The notes below the pieces were generated by a model. It saw only the letters and a list, made by a program, of their open reading frames with translations. It did not search any database and had not been told where the DNA came from. The position numbers and the translations under genes were made by a program. From IMG/VR virus record IMGVR_UViG_3300044674_000289, positions 1 through 50,042 of that record: a stretch of 50,042 nucleotides of DNA. The stretch is one strand, 5' to 3'. Positions 26,398 to 37,700 of this stretch are shown in pieces. Source of the DNA: a virus (Duplodnaviria; Caudoviricetes). How positions within the stretch are numbered: position 1 is the first letter of the stretch; every line of letters begins with the position of its first letter.

Positions 26398-27731
26398 TGA
26401 TTCAACTCCTGATAAGCCATTGCTAGACCAGCCTGTAAGCTAGGCGAACCATAGTAGCCCTGAGAATAAATATTATTATAGTTTGAGTTTAGAATATCAT
26501 CTTGAATTTGATTAAAGTAATCCCACCCTGACATTGGTGTTAGCCCTGCCGTAGAAAGGCCGGGAGAGCTTTGAATAGGACTCGTTTGCAGAGCACTAAA
26601 ATCAACATACTGTAGCATGGGGTTTTGTACTTGTTGCCTAAACTCTTGCTGTTGTTTTTGAGCCTCTAAAGAATCTACAACCTGTGCAACGCCTGATAAA
26701 CTCATTTCTACGCCTTGAGATTTTAAGAACTCTTTACCTCTTGCGCCTGCTTGAGCCTCTAAAGATTTAGCAGGCGTCATAGAAGTGTCTAGCACTGCTG
26801 GAGCCTGATAGCCTTCAATTGCTTTAGTAGTTGCTCTTTCAATTCCGTCAGTCGGTGCAAGTAAAGAAGAATCTAAAGGAGTTGCTTGAAATGTGGGGCG
26901 TACTCCTTCAACTGTAAACACGCCTTCATCTAGTCCCAAAGGCAAATTACCTGTAGCACTATACATTTTATCGGGAGTACCTAAGCCCATTCTTTCAGTA
27001 AGACTAAAGTTGTTTGGATCTGTTATATCTAGACCTTGTGAAACAAAAGACCGCTGACCTGTGACCGGATCATAAGTTATTTGCTGTGGGCCTAAAGCTT
27101 CGGCTTGTAACAAAGAGCCGTCTTGTGTTGGCCCTGCAATTTCAATTGCATCTGGGCTTAATGTTTTACCAACGCTTTCTTGTAAGTTTGCTTGAATACC
27201 AAACTTGTTCATACTAGAATCAAAAGTGGACTTAGAAAACAACTGGCCTAAATCAGAGCCTGCCTGACTCCAAGCCTTTTGAGTAGCATCCCAAGCTGTT
27301 GAAAAATTCTTACCAGTAATATCAATCATACCGCCGGTAAGCTCTTTCATAAAACCACCAAAAGCTTTGCCGCCCGGAATACTGTTGATTGTAGCACCTA
27401 CCATGTTACCAATTGTTTTTGTAACAGCAGAAGTTACTGACTTAAAAGCTGTTCCAACACGAGTACCCACTTTGACTGCGGCATTTAAAAAGTGTCCAGC
27501 ACCTTTAACAACAGCACCTAAAGCGCCACCTAGCTGTGTACCCATCATGCCGGTGGCTAGTCCTCCTAATGCTGGTAGTGCATAGGGCATAATAAGAGCC
27601 AGACCTAATTGGCCTACAATGCCAATCTTGCCCATAAACTTACCAACTTTTTTAAAGGCGCTCTTTACGGCCTTACCGATCTTCTTAAAGACTTTCTTTA
27701 TGCCTTTAAAAATCTTCTTAAAAAATCCCAT
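26394..27731 (-). CDS. Putative ejection / DNA-transfer protein
   Basis: Cationic amphipathic N-terminus followed by a Gly/Ala hydrophobic stretch. Confidence 0.55.
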   Translation of the reverse strand: MGFFKKIFKGIKKVFKKIGKAVKSAFKKVGKFMGKIGIVGQLGLALIMPYALPALGGLATGMMGTQLGGALGAVVKGAGHFLNAAVKVGTRVGTAFKSVTSAVTKTIGNMVGATINSIPGGKAFGGFMKELTGGMIDITGKNFSTAWDATQKAWSQAGSDLGQLFSKSTFDSSMNKFGIQANLQESVGKTLSPDAIEIAGPTQDGSLLQAEALGPQQITYDPVTGQRSFVSQGLDITDPNNFSLTERMGLGTPDKMYSATGNLPLGLDEGVFTVEGVRPTFQATPLDSSLLAPTDGIERATTKAIEGYQAPAVLDTSMTPAKSLEAQAGARGKEFLKSQGVEMSLSGVAQVVDSLEAQKQQQEFRQQVQNPMLQYVDFSALQTSPIQSSPGLSTAGLTPMSGWDYFNQIQDDILNSNYNNIYSQGYYGSPSLQAGLAMAYQELNQ

Positions 27732-27736
27732 ATGTT

Positions 27737-30700
27737 TTAACCTCCACCGCCCGTAGCAATACCTCTAGCAAAATCCATTAATGCTTTTACAGTTGTACTT
27801 GATTCTTTACTAGCGGCTGTTTCATTTCCAATTGCCGCAATATAAAGCTGTGTGTTTAAAGCTTTATCGTTCTCATAAGACTGTCTTAAATATGCCGCCG
27901 AATCTCTAGCCGCAAGAAGTTCAGACTCATAACCCATTGCAGTTATCTGAAACTCTTGTTGAACATTAAGTTTGTTCATTTCATTTTCAGCGGCAGTATT
28001 CAGCATGTTTGTTTTGCGCTCATATTCAATACCGGCTTGTTCTGCAACAAAAGCATTTTGGGCATTGAACTGTTCTCTATTCGCATCTATTTGAGCATTA
28101 GCAATACTTGCCGCAGATTCTGCACGAATGTTAGCGGAAGTAATACTAGCGTCTGCCCCCATGCGTGTAGACTCTAACTGACCTTCAATCTGCATTGATG
28201 TTGTAGTCATTCGATTGGCTTCACTAGTATTGAACTGAGCCATAGCATTTTGTTGCTGTACATTTGCTTGTTCTATTTGTGCCGCCAAACTAGCATTAAA
28301 CTGATTGACTTGATTCTCACTTTGAGCATTAAACTGCTTTGCCGCATTAGCCATTGACTGATTTGATAGCATTGTTTGTTGTTGCATCTGTGCATCAATC
28401 ACTGCCGCCTGCTGACGATTGTTTAGGTTTGCCATATCCATAGCCAAGAACGACTTAGCATTTTCAACAGCAATTTTTGTTTGGTTATTAGCATTTGTAA
28501 TATCCATTTGCGCCATAGCCGTAGCATTTTGAATAACAGTCTGTTGCCTATTATTTAAGTCTTGCATAGTCATAGACTGCATAAATTTACTATTAGACAA
28601 AATAACTTGCTGGTCAGCATTAAACTGCGACATATCCATGTTGGCTACCATCGTAGCATTTTGAATAGCCCGTTGCTGATCGACATTAAGCTGTGCAACA
28701 TTTAAACGATTTGCAATCTCAGCCTGAAGCATATTAGTCTTCATACGAGAATCAAGATTAGCAAGTCTTGTTTGTTGTTCAGCCGTCAAGTTTTCTGAGC
28801 CTGCCTGATTCAAAGCAGTCAGGTTTGCAAGCTCCATTTGCTGTTCGTTGCTAAGGTTTGCCAACTCCATCTGTTGCTTAAAGCCTGCGTTCTTTGCCAT
28901 AAAGTCTGCGGCAGTTTGCATCTCAACAAGACGAGACTGATTCTCAGCAGACATATTCGCCGCATTAGTTTGAAACTCAAACTGAAGATTAGCTAGTTCA
29001 GTCTGCTGTTCGTTACCCAAGTTCTGAGCATTAGCGGCCTGTTGATTCTGTACATTTTGAATTGCAGACTGTTGACGATTTTGAAGGTTCGCCATTCTCG
29101 TTTGCTGTGATTGAGCCGCAGAAGTAATCATAGCGTCCTGTGCAAACTGACTCTGAAGCACTGACATTTGCTGTGCCATCTGAGCCGTCTGAGAAGCCGC
29201 TGTTTGACGATTAGCGGTGTTTTGTAGCCTTCGCTGTGCGTCTAGGTTAGCTTGCTGTACATTGGCCTGTTGCTCGTTTGAGAGGTTCTGAGCGGCCCTT
29301 TGCTGTAGTGCTTGTGCATTAGACTGAGCAATAGGCATAGCACTTTGAATAATAGAATTTAAAAGTGCATCACGGCCTACGGTAGAAGCTGACAAGCCTC
29401 TTTGAGCCAGCATTCTATTTACTTGCTCTACTGCTGGTCTAGCCCATACAGGAACTTCACCGTCTTCGATACCACCAAGAAGCGTTTCCATTTGTGAAGA
29501 TACAAGAGCCTCTGTAGGCAAAGCCGCCACAGCCGCCTGTACTTCTACAGGCTCATCATCTATTTGCGCTTCAACAGTTGCAGGATCTTCGACGATAGTT
29601 GCACTAAGTTCTGGAGGAAGTTCTCCAACTTCAGCAACCATTTCAGCCGCCGCGCCTTTAGCCGCTGTGCCTTTTACTTGACGTACTTGAGCGGCCTCAT
29701 AGTTTAAAGTTTTTAATATCTGAGCGGCTTCTGCATCTTGCGCGGCAGTACCAATAATAGCTTCTCTCTGAGCTACTTCCGCTTCTTTTGTAGGTGCTAC
29801 ATCTGTAACTTGACCTGTAACTTTGTCAACATAGGCACCGTCAGAAATATCGTACTGTGCGGCTTCTGCCGTCAATGCGGTCTGTTCTTGCGCGACATCT
29901 CTTTCGGCGGCTACAGCCCTTTCAGTAAGATCTTGAGCTTCAAACTTAGCAACCGCTTCATCACTTACGGTTCCTTGAGCCGCTTGAACTTGAGGAACAT
30001 CTGCCATGTCAATAAGTTCTGGACGGTATGTTGCGGCTGGAATAGGAGTAGGAATAGTGGCTTGTGCGGCTTCTCCAGCACTTTCAGCTTCTTTAGCAGT
30101 AGGAGCTGTATAAGTAACGCCCGCGCCTTCTATTGTTTGTGCCTCTTGTGTAGCCCCTGCCTTAACTGAAGTTGTACCAGTAGTTGTGCCGTCAGCTTGT
30201 GCAACCTCACCACGTTTTACAGTAGGCTTTACAGGTTCGCCTGCCAGTGCTTTTTCAACAGTGTCTTTTTGTGTATTAAATGCCGCTTCTGGCCCACCAC
30301 CAGCCTGATAAGTTTTTCTACGAATACCCCCACGACTAGCCCCATCACGACCTTCTTCGTCTTTTTCTTTTTCTTTCTTTTTCCATGTGGCCTCGTCAGA
30401 CACAGGCTGACCGGGAATTGTTTCGTACTTTATAGGTTCTCTTTTTTCTATAACAGGTGCTTCGGGCTGTGTTACAAAGCCTGCCGCTGGATCATAACCA
30501 ACTTTACCCCGCGTAGTTGAAGTTTGTTTAGCAGGGTCAAATCCGGGTTGTCCGGGTCGAGGGCCAATATATTCACCATCATCAATAATAATATCTGGAT
30601 CTTTGGTATTGCCGCCCGGAATATAAGTATAATTACCGCCTGCATTAGCACCAAGACTTTGAAGCCATTCATTATAAGTTCCTTCAAAGCCTTGTTGTTT

Positions 30701-30811
30701 AGCAACCTCATACCCAGCTTTTAGTGCGCTTTCTCCAGCACCACCAGTAGCGGCTTTAGCTCTTTGAGGCTTCTTATGTCTAGCGACTTTCTTTGCTCTT
30801 TTTTTAGCCAT
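27737..30811 (-). CDS. Gln/Asn/Ala-rich coiled-coil virion protein (ejection tube/pilot-like)
   Basis: About 500 aa of NL.N.QQ-type quasi-repeats. Confidence 0.6.
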   Translation of the reverse strand: MAKKRAKKVARHKKPQRAKAATGGAGESALKAGYEVAKQQGFEGTYNEWLQSLGANAGGNYTYIPGGNTKDPDIIIDDGEYIGPRPGQPGFDPAKQTSTTRGKVGYDPAAGFVTQPEAPVIEKREPIKYETIPGQPVSDEATWKKKEKEKDEEGRDGASRGGIRRKTYQAGGGPEAAFNTQKDTVEKALAGEPVKPTVKRGEVAQADGTTTGTTSVKAGATQEAQTIEGAGVTYTAPTAKEAESAGEAAQATIPTPIPAATYRPELIDMADVPQVQAAQGTVSDEAVAKFEAQDLTERAVAAERDVAQEQTALTAEAAQYDISDGAYVDKVTGQVTDVAPTKEAEVAQREAIIGTAAQDAEAAQILKTLNYEAAQVRQVKGTAAKGAAAEMVAEVGELPPELSATIVEDPATVEAQIDDEPVEVQAAVAALPTEALVSSQMETLLGGIEDGEVPVWARPAVEQVNRMLAQRGLSASTVGRDALLNSIIQSAMPIAQSNAQALQQRAAQNLSNEQQANVQQANLDAQRRLQNTANRQTAASQTAQMAQQMSVLQSQFAQDAMITSAAQSQQTRMANLQNRQQSAIQNVQNQQAANAQNLGNEQQTELANLQFEFQTNAANMSAENQSRLVEMQTAADFMAKNAGFKQQMELANLSNEQQMELANLTALNQAGSENLTAEQQTRLANLDSRMKTNMLQAEIANRLNVAQLNVDQQRAIQNATMVANMDMSQFNADQQVILSNSKFMQSMTMQDLNNRQQTVIQNATAMAQMDITNANNQTKIAVENAKSFLAMDMANLNNRQQAAVIDAQMQQQTMLSNQSMANAAKQFNAQSENQVNQFNASLAAQIEQANVQQQNAMAQFNTSEANRMTTTSMQIEGQLESTRMGADASITSANIRAESAASIANAQIDANREQFNAQNAFVAEQAGIEYERKTNMLNTAAENEMNKLNVQQEFQITAMGYESELLAARDSAAYLRQSYENDKALNTQLYIAAIGNETAASKESSTTVKALMDFARGIATGGGG

Positions 30812-30822
30812 TTATATATTCC

Positions 30823-31182
30823 TCAGTACGACCAGATTGCAGGAGATGGAAAAGCTTCTTCTGCCATATCTAAGTGTATAAATCGTCCTTTTCCTTTTTG
30901 ATTAACACCTATTCTTTTTACGCCATGCTTCATGGCAACTTCAAGAACCTTTAAAGCTTTATCCCCTCTTACAGCTATATCAACTGCACACCCTGTTGTA
31001 TGTGCGCCTACGCGACTCTTAGAAGCCTCTATAGGATGGTCAACACATCTGTAACCAGAGCTAATAACAAAAGCAAAACCACACTCTTCTCTAATGTTAT
31101 TTAAAACCTTTAAAAATTCTTCATCAAACTTATATGCACCACAATGTTGACAACTCAACTCTTCTTTTGTAAAGTAACTCAT
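30823..31182 (-). CDS. Peptidase M15A endolysin
   Basis: SSGYRC, H..G.AVDI and FIHLD motifs. Confidence 0.85.
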   Translation of the reverse strand: MSYFTKEELSCQHCGAYKFDEEFLKVLNNIREECGFAFVISSGYRCVDHPIEASKSRVGAHTTGCAVDIAVRGDKALKVLEVAMKHGVKRIGVNQKGKGRFIHLDMAEEAFPSPAIWSY

Positions 31183-31184
31183 TC

Positions 31185-31580
31185 TTAGTCTCTAGCGACC
31201 TTTTTAGTTTTCTCTACAGTTCTCATAGCTCCTAAGCCCAGCATACCTAAAAGTACTGGCATCATTTCACCAATATCTAAATTAGGCATGATAACATTTA
31301 TACCAGCCAAAGCACAAGCAAAGTTCCCAATAGGGACAGCAATAAAATTAAACCCCATACCGGCAACACAAATCCAACCTGTCGCTGGACGCCATCCAGA
31401 CACAAAGATGCTAGTGTGTTTAGCTTCTTCACGATTAATTGATATTTGTTCTTTAGCCAGTTCATGGGCGTGTTTTGTAGCCATTGTAGAAATTTCATGG
31501 GCCAACCTCGCTTTTTCGTCTGCATCTGGAATAAACTTATCTAGCAAGCCCGTGACAGGGCCAATCAACATATCTAACAT
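31185..31580 (-). CDS. Holin (3TM GTA-type holin family)
   Basis: FVSGWRP..GW.C and LLGMLGLG.MRT.EK motifs; adjacent to the endolysin. Confidence 0.8.
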   Translation of the reverse strand: MLDMLIGPVTGLLDKFIPDADEKARLAHEISTMATKHAHELAKEQISINREEAKHTSIFVSGWRPATGWICVAGMGFNFIAVPIGNFACALAGINVIMPNLDIGEMMPVLLGMLGLGAMRTVEKTKKVARD

Positions 31581-31582
31581 AC

Positions 31583-31858
31583 TTACCTCATTATATACAC
31601 AAGGAATGATGCGCCTGCTGAGATAGCAACCCACATTAGTCTTTCTGCATTTTTAACAGATTTAGAGTTTAAAATTACATCGTTACTAAGTTGTTTAATG
31701 TCTTCTTCTTGATCGTCTAATCTTTTTTCATGTCTATCAAGCCTTTTGAAGACTGATAATAATCTTTCATCAATACGAGCAAGATCAGCAATTGTATTAG
31801 AAAGCTTATCTAGCTTTTCTTCTATGCGCTCTAAGCGTTGTTCTGTAGCCACTGTCAC
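31583..31858 (-). CDS. Coiled-coil protein with C-terminal TM helix
   Basis: RLERIEEKLDKL heptads and a hydrophobic C-terminus. Confidence 0.6.
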   Translation of the reverse strand: MTVATEQRLERIEEKLDKLSNTIADLARIDERLLSVFKRLDRHEKRLDDQEEDIKQLSNDVILNSKSVKNAERLMWVAISAGASFLVYIMR

Positions 31859-32328
31859 CCTCCAAAACTCTGTATAAAACTAACGGTTGTCCATATAACT
31901 CCACCAGCTACCATTAGTCCTACAACAATGGCTGATACGTCTAACATTCTTCTTTGTCTACGTCTTTGTTTGTAGATCATGCGTTCACGCTTGGCTTTTA
32001 TGTCCTTACGCATCTGCATCATTTCTTTGTACGTCTCAACTCCGTATGCCCAAGTAATCAGTTCCCTTACTTGCTTTTCTTGTTCTTCTATTTTCTTCTT
32101 GGCTATAACGGCATTGAGTGCTTGTTCTTCTACAGAGTTACCGTCAAACATCTTTTTAAATAACGGTGGGTTCTCTGCTTCTTTTTCAGCTTCTTTTATA
32201 TCAGAAACTAAGCCGTACCAGTGTCCTAGCTTTTGAGCTACGTGTTCAATTTCTGCGCCTTTAGATACAAGTATCTGTACGCCCTTGAACGTAGTAGACG
32301 CCATTGCTACCAAAGATACGGGGTCCAT
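31855..32328 (-). CDS. Hypothetical membrane-anchored protein
   Basis: MDPVS..A N-terminus, C-terminal TM helix. Confidence 0.6.
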   Translation of the reverse strand: MDPVSLVAMASTTFKGVQILVSKGAEIEHVAQKLGHWYGLVSDIKEAEKEAENPPLFKKMFDGNSVEEQALNAVIAKKKIEEQEKQVRELITWAYGVETYKEMMQMRKDIKAKRERMIYKQRRRQRRMLDVSAIVVGLMVAGGVIWTTVSFIQSFGG

Positions 32329-32331
32329 AGA

Positions 32332-32832
32332 TTACTCTGGCTTCGTAGGCCATGTGATAGTCTGTGGAAACCCTTCTTGCTGTGGTACGTCACGTAAAGC
32401 CTGTCTGTAGGCCGTCATAGCCTCTGTCATGGACACATCAGACAACCCGTAGTGGTCAGTAGACTTCAACAGATCGTCCCGTGTAGCTCGTTCTGTGGCT
32501 TCTAGGGCGGCATTGTCAGCGGCTACCTTAGCGTCTATCTGATCCTGTACGGTTACAACGTTATCTTCGTCATCTGTGTACTCTTGGAACATATCGTTTT
32601 CTGTCCAAGCGTGTACCCAGTTGCCGTTGGCGTCCTGCTCTACACCGTTGCGTACAACAACCTTGTAGTCTCCAGACGGGGCAGGCTTAGGCGACGCAAG
32701 TACAGGGTCAATGCCAAGTGCCTCGTTGACGTTTGCGTTCCACACTTTAGGTAGTGAAACATTCGGGTGCATACTGCGGATTTGGCCTTGAGTCTTGACC
32801 TCCCCCGTTGATCTGATGCGATACTCCGACAT
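32332..32832 (-). CDS. Tail fibre assembly chaperone
   Basis: R..RD.LL..TD...YRQALRDVPQQ.GFP..I.WP.KP signature. Confidence 0.8.
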   Translation of the reverse strand: MSEYRIRSTGEVKTQGQIRSMHPNVSLPKVWNANVNEALGIDPVLASPKPAPSGDYKVVVRNGVEQDANGNWVHAWTENDMFQEYTDDEDNVVTVQDQIDAKVAADNAALEATERATRDDLLKSTDHYGLSDVSMTEAMTAYRQALRDVPQQEGFPQTITWPTKPE

Positions 32833-32843
32833 AGTTGATTCTC

Positions 32844-34760
32844 CTATGCGATTGCTAAAAAGATATATTCTTCGCCACTGCTGTTAATATTGGCGTTGGG
32901 GCCGTTCAAGATAAATCCCGAACTATCCGGTTCAATATCCACAACACCATCTGTAGTTTGTGCGCCTGAACCATTTAGTTTTATATAGTAGTCATTGCCA
33001 GTTGTGATGCCTCTCACTGAATCCCATAAATGCCAGCCACCGGCAAAAGTCGTGGATTTAATCAGAACAAATCTAGCGCCAGATGAAAAACCGCAGTCAA
33101 TAGTTAGATTTGAGCCTGTGCCACTATAGCTTCCAACCTTTGATATGCCGGAAACCGTTGCGAATAGAAAAGCAATAAACCCATCTCCACTATTGTTAAT
33201 GCCAACAGAAGACCCTACCGTAAAATTACTGCTGGTTGGATCAGAAGGAAATATAGTAGATGCGCTAGTTTTTGCATTAGAAGAATTTAAAAACACAAAA
33301 TCACTTGTACCGGCAAAGCTACTTTCCCAGACGTACCATCCAGCAGAGGCGCTTCTTCTTTTAACGATCATAAGTTCAGGCGTAACACCTAAACTATGAC
33401 TAATTGCATGAGATGAAGTCCCATCCCCCGTGTAAGTCACAACATCAAAGAACCCCGGCGCTCTGCGGAACATCCATGATTGCAATGTTGATGTGTATCC
33501 CCCGCTCATTACTCCATTTTGATAATCAAAAGAAAAATCAGCATTTGTTGATTCTGCGTTAGTTAAATTTGATTGAAGTATTCTTCCTTGCGTTAATCTA
33601 GAACTCCAATCCCAATTATCAGGGCTGGTCGCTGGTTTTCTGTTGAAATACATATCCACCGGAAAGCCAGAGATAAAGTTTGGCGCTGGATTTCCTGACC
33701 CTGCTACCGTTTCAAACAATTCATCAGCGCCAAATTCTGATGCTGGCTTATGGGGTCTGCGGATGGCTAAGTAAACGTAATCTGCGCCACTGCTGTTAAC
33801 TTCATACGACGTTGTGGTGAGTTTAAATCCGGTAGGGGTTAGCTCTAGCCTGTCATCGTTAGCTTCTAGGTTAGCTGTCATTGCGAAATGCTGATCGGTG
33901 CCACCTGACACAATGCCCCGCATAGAATCATAAAAAAGCCAGTTTCCGTTTGTGCCGGAACCAATCTTTTTAATTAAAAGCCATTGCGGCTCAAAACCAA
34001 CATTAACATCCGGCCCGGTACTGCTTCCATTACCCGTATATTTATCGCATTTTATGATTGCTTCATCAGAATCTTCACCAAATTGTTGGTCATCGTGAGC
34101 AAATAAATACGCAACAAATGGACTTCCGTCGTTGTTTAAACCGCTATCATATCCAACGAAAAACTGTGTCGATGTAGGTTCTACGTCAAATTTATCTGAT
34201 GACGTAGATGGCGGATTAGTTGACGTTAGCCTAAATAACTTTCCGGTTCCTACGCTCCGGTGATATACATACCAAGACTCGCTCACATCCCTTCTTTTTA
34301 CAAGGATCATCCCCGGCACACTGCCAAGATTATGGGATATTGCTTGGTCGTTTGTTCCATCGCCAGTGTAAGTTACAACATCAAAAAATCCGGGTTGTTT
34401 GCGGAATGTCCATGACACAAAATTTTCATTATTGACGTTTACGCTGCCGTCAGCGTCTAAATCAAATCCATCACTATTAAACGCGGTCACAGTATCTGGA
34501 TCTGTGGCTTCTGCGCTGCCAGAATTCACCTGCATTTCTATCTGGACGCCTCGCTCCGTATCATAAACAAGGGGCGGACGAGCGGCATCTCTGCCCTTTA
34601 TCCAAACTAAACCACCCTCACCATCAAGGTCGATTCCATTGGTTATGGTTTGAGTAGAGCCATTGCCTACATACAAATACGTTGAAAACACATCCTCAAC
34701 GTAAACACCTCCACCAGCGTTACCAGCCGCCGCCTGTTGTAAAAACCTACCTACGCTCAT
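32844..34760 (-). CDS. Tail fibre / receptor-binding protein with internal duplication
   Basis: Repeated GFFDVVTYTGDG..ISH.LG..P....VKRR units; upstream of the chaperone. Confidence 0.7.
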   Translation of the reverse strand: MSVGRFLQQAAAGNAGGGVYVEDVFSTYLYVGNGSTQTITNGIDLDGEGGLVWIKGRDAARPPLVYDTERGVQIEMQVNSGSAEATDPDTVTAFNSDGFDLDADGSVNVNNENFVSWTFRKQPGFFDVVTYTGDGTNDQAISHNLGSVPGMILVKRRDVSESWYVYHRSVGTGKLFRLTSTNPPSTSSDKFDVEPTSTQFFVGYDSGLNNDGSPFVAYLFAHDDQQFGEDSDEAIIKCDKYTGNGSSTGPDVNVGFEPQWLLIKKIGSGTNGNWLFYDSMRGIVSGGTDQHFAMTANLEANDDRLELTPTGFKLTTTSYEVNSSGADYVYLAIRRPHKPASEFGADELFETVAGSGNPAPNFISGFPVDMYFNRKPATSPDNWDWSSRLTQGRILQSNLTNAESTNADFSFDYQNGVMSGGYTSTLQSWMFRRAPGFFDVVTYTGDGTSSHAISHSLGVTPELMIVKRRSASAGWYVWESSFAGTSDFVFLNSSNAKTSASTIFPSDPTSSNFTVGSSVGINNSGDGFIAFLFATVSGISKVGSYSGTGSNLTIDCGFSSGARFVLIKSTTFAGGWHLWDSVRGITTGNDYYIKLNGSGAQTTDGVVDIEPDSSGFILNGPNANINSSGEEYIFLAIA

Positions 34761-37700
34761 CCTAGTGCTTGCCCCGCTGTAAACCCGTACCAAGTTGTTC
34801 CACCGTCATAGGTGTAGAACACGAACTGATCCACAGCAGACGCTGTAGCTGTCAGCGTAGGCGCTGTAGCCGCAGGCCAATCAACAGACGTAGGCCACGT
34901 TACAGTGTAACCAGAGGCTCCAGAGTCTTGGACAACCTTGAGTGACATTGCGTAGGCTGTGCTGTCGTTGAGGGCTGATGTTCCTGTTGAGTATTGGTAA
35001 ATAGTATCGGTATTAATTCCTGTGACGTACATTTTTGTTCCGTCAGGTTTAAAAAAGAGGCCAGTAGGCGCTCCATCTTGACTAGATACGCTAAAGCTAA
35101 TAGAAGCATATGATGCCGTGCTTAAATCATAACCAGTAGTTAAGTTATATTGAAACACAGCATCATTTAAAGCCCCGGCAATAAACATTTTTGTTCCGTC
35201 AGAGTTAAACGAAATTCCCTGTAGTATTGTATCCTGACTTATGCTAAAACTAACCGAGTCATAAGATGCTGTACTAAGATCAAACCCAGTGCTAAGACTA
35301 TATTGATAAACAGCATCGTTAGAATTTCCAAGAATGAACATTTTTGTTCCGTCAGAATTAAACTCTATACCAAAGGCGGCTGTATCTTGACTAGCTACAC
35401 TAAAACTAACTGAATCGTAACTAATAGTGCTTAAGTCAAAAGCCGTACTAAGGCTGTATTGAAAAATACTGTCATTAGTGTTTCCAACGGCATACAATTT
35501 TGTTCCGTCAGAATTAAAAGCAAAATATAGTACCGCAGAATCTTGGCTACTTAGATCAAAGTTAACACTGTCGTAACTTGCTGTGCTAATGTCATATGCA
35601 GTGCTAAGGCTGTATTGAAAAAGATCGTTACTTGTAGCTCCTACGAAATACATTTTAGTACCGTCACTATTAAAACGGCCCCCTCTAGGAGTACTGTCCT
35701 GACTAGCTACACTAAAACTCTTGGAATCATAAGACGCAACACTTAAATTGTAACCGGCGGTAACAGGCGTCCCACTAGCTGGCGGGTTGCTAAAGGTAAA
35801 GGTGGTGTTATTGGAAAGCGTGTGGCTAAACACATTCCCTGATTCGCAATCAATAGTTAAGCTGTTAGCCGCAGAATCAAAATCATATTCTGTAACAGTA
35901 AAACCTAACGCATCTCTAACCAAATATAATTTAGAGCCGACAGGATCTATGCCAATCAGTGCTACGTTAAAACCAACAGCGTAAGTATTGGTAGCCGTAG
36001 AGTTAGCGGTGCTAATGTCGTAAGCGGTAGAAAGGGTGTATTCATTTACTGCTTGTCCGTTTGCACTAGCAACGTATATTTTTGTTCCGTCACTGTTAAA
36101 GTCAAACGATCTGTCTTGCGTACCACCCGGAGTAAAAGACTTAGAATCATAAGAAAGAGTAGTATGGTCAAACGCTGTACCAAAAGACCACTGGTGTATT
36201 TCACCACCATCGTTTAAGGCCCACAGTTTTGTACCATCATTTTTTATTTGTAATGTATATCCGTAATCAAAGTTGGTAATGGCGTCACCTGATCCATTAC
36301 TTGTGTAGCCGCCGCCAATATCCCAAGCAGTGGTAAGAGTAATTTTTTGACTTGCGGATGCTCCAGAACCTCTCGGTGTTCCTATGAGAACTGTTCCGTC
36401 ATTAGTAACGCCAAAAGTAACATTCTGTACTCCGAACGCTGTCGTTGAGCTTAAATAGGTATCATAAGAAGCCGTGCTTAAATCCCAAGCTGTGCTAAGG
36501 GTGTACTGATAAATCCTGTCGCCGGGAGTATTATCATGGTCATGTACCCAAAATACCGTCCCGTCAGGCTTCCAATACACGTTGCCAACAGGTTGATCGC
36601 CAGCGCCATTGGTTTGCACATTGACTGTATTTCCTGTTGCACTAATAGCATCAAAATCAAACGGGTTTGTAGTAACCGACGGTGAAGGCGCTTTAAAAGT
36701 CTCGTTGTAACTATCAACCAGCAATTCGCCTGTGATGTCTACGTCACCTGTGTAAGTAGCGCCTACCTTGGAATCCAACTGTGTCTGGATGTTTGATGTA
36801 ACCCCATCCACATAGTTCAATTCAGTAGTTGTAGCAGTAACACCGTCAAGAATATTAAGCTCTGCTGTGGTTGCTGTAACACCGTCAAGGATGTTTAGTT
36901 CAGCCGCTGTAGAAGTGACCGCCGTTCCACCAAGGGTCAACGTGCCTGATGCTGTCAAATCTGTAAACGTACCAGCCGCCGCTGTAGTTCCACCGATAAC
37001 GCTGTTATCTACAGTGCCACCAGAAATAGTCAGATCGTTAGCAACGTAAGCATCTGCAATGGCTGTACCTTGCCAAGTACCTGTAGCAATCGTGCCTACT
37101 GCTGTTATCTGCGTCTGAGAGGCGTCTACAGACAAAGTATCGCCAGTAAGGGTAAGACCAGTACCATCTACTAAAGCTGTCTTAGAAACGCTTATAGCGG
37201 CACTAGCGTTAATATCATCGTTGACAATAACACCAGAGCCAATAGCGGCTACCCCTGTGTCAGCAATCGTTATGTCACCCGATACCACATTGTCAATCCA
37301 AGTGGACGTACCAGTATCATAAAACAACAATGCACCGTCAGCGGGTGTCGTAATATTAGTGTCTGAAAGGCCCGAAAGACTAGAAGACAAACCACCAATT
37401 TGAGTATCTACATAAGCTTTAACAGACTGCTGAGTAGGTACAAGCGTTGCGCTGTCAGAAGCCATATTGTCTTCATCGACAAAAGCCGTAATTGTAATTG
37501 CACCATCTGTAAGATTTCCAAATGAAACAGTGCCTGTTGTTGTAATATTACTTGAGCCAGTATCAATAGCTCCAAAACCAGAAGTAATAGAGCCAGAATC
37601 TAAAGCGCCAACAGTTGTAACATTAGAAAGAGTATCTAAAGAAGTTTCAAAATAAGTTTCAAAGTCTGTAAGGGCTACTTGCTTCATTGTGCCTGCATCA

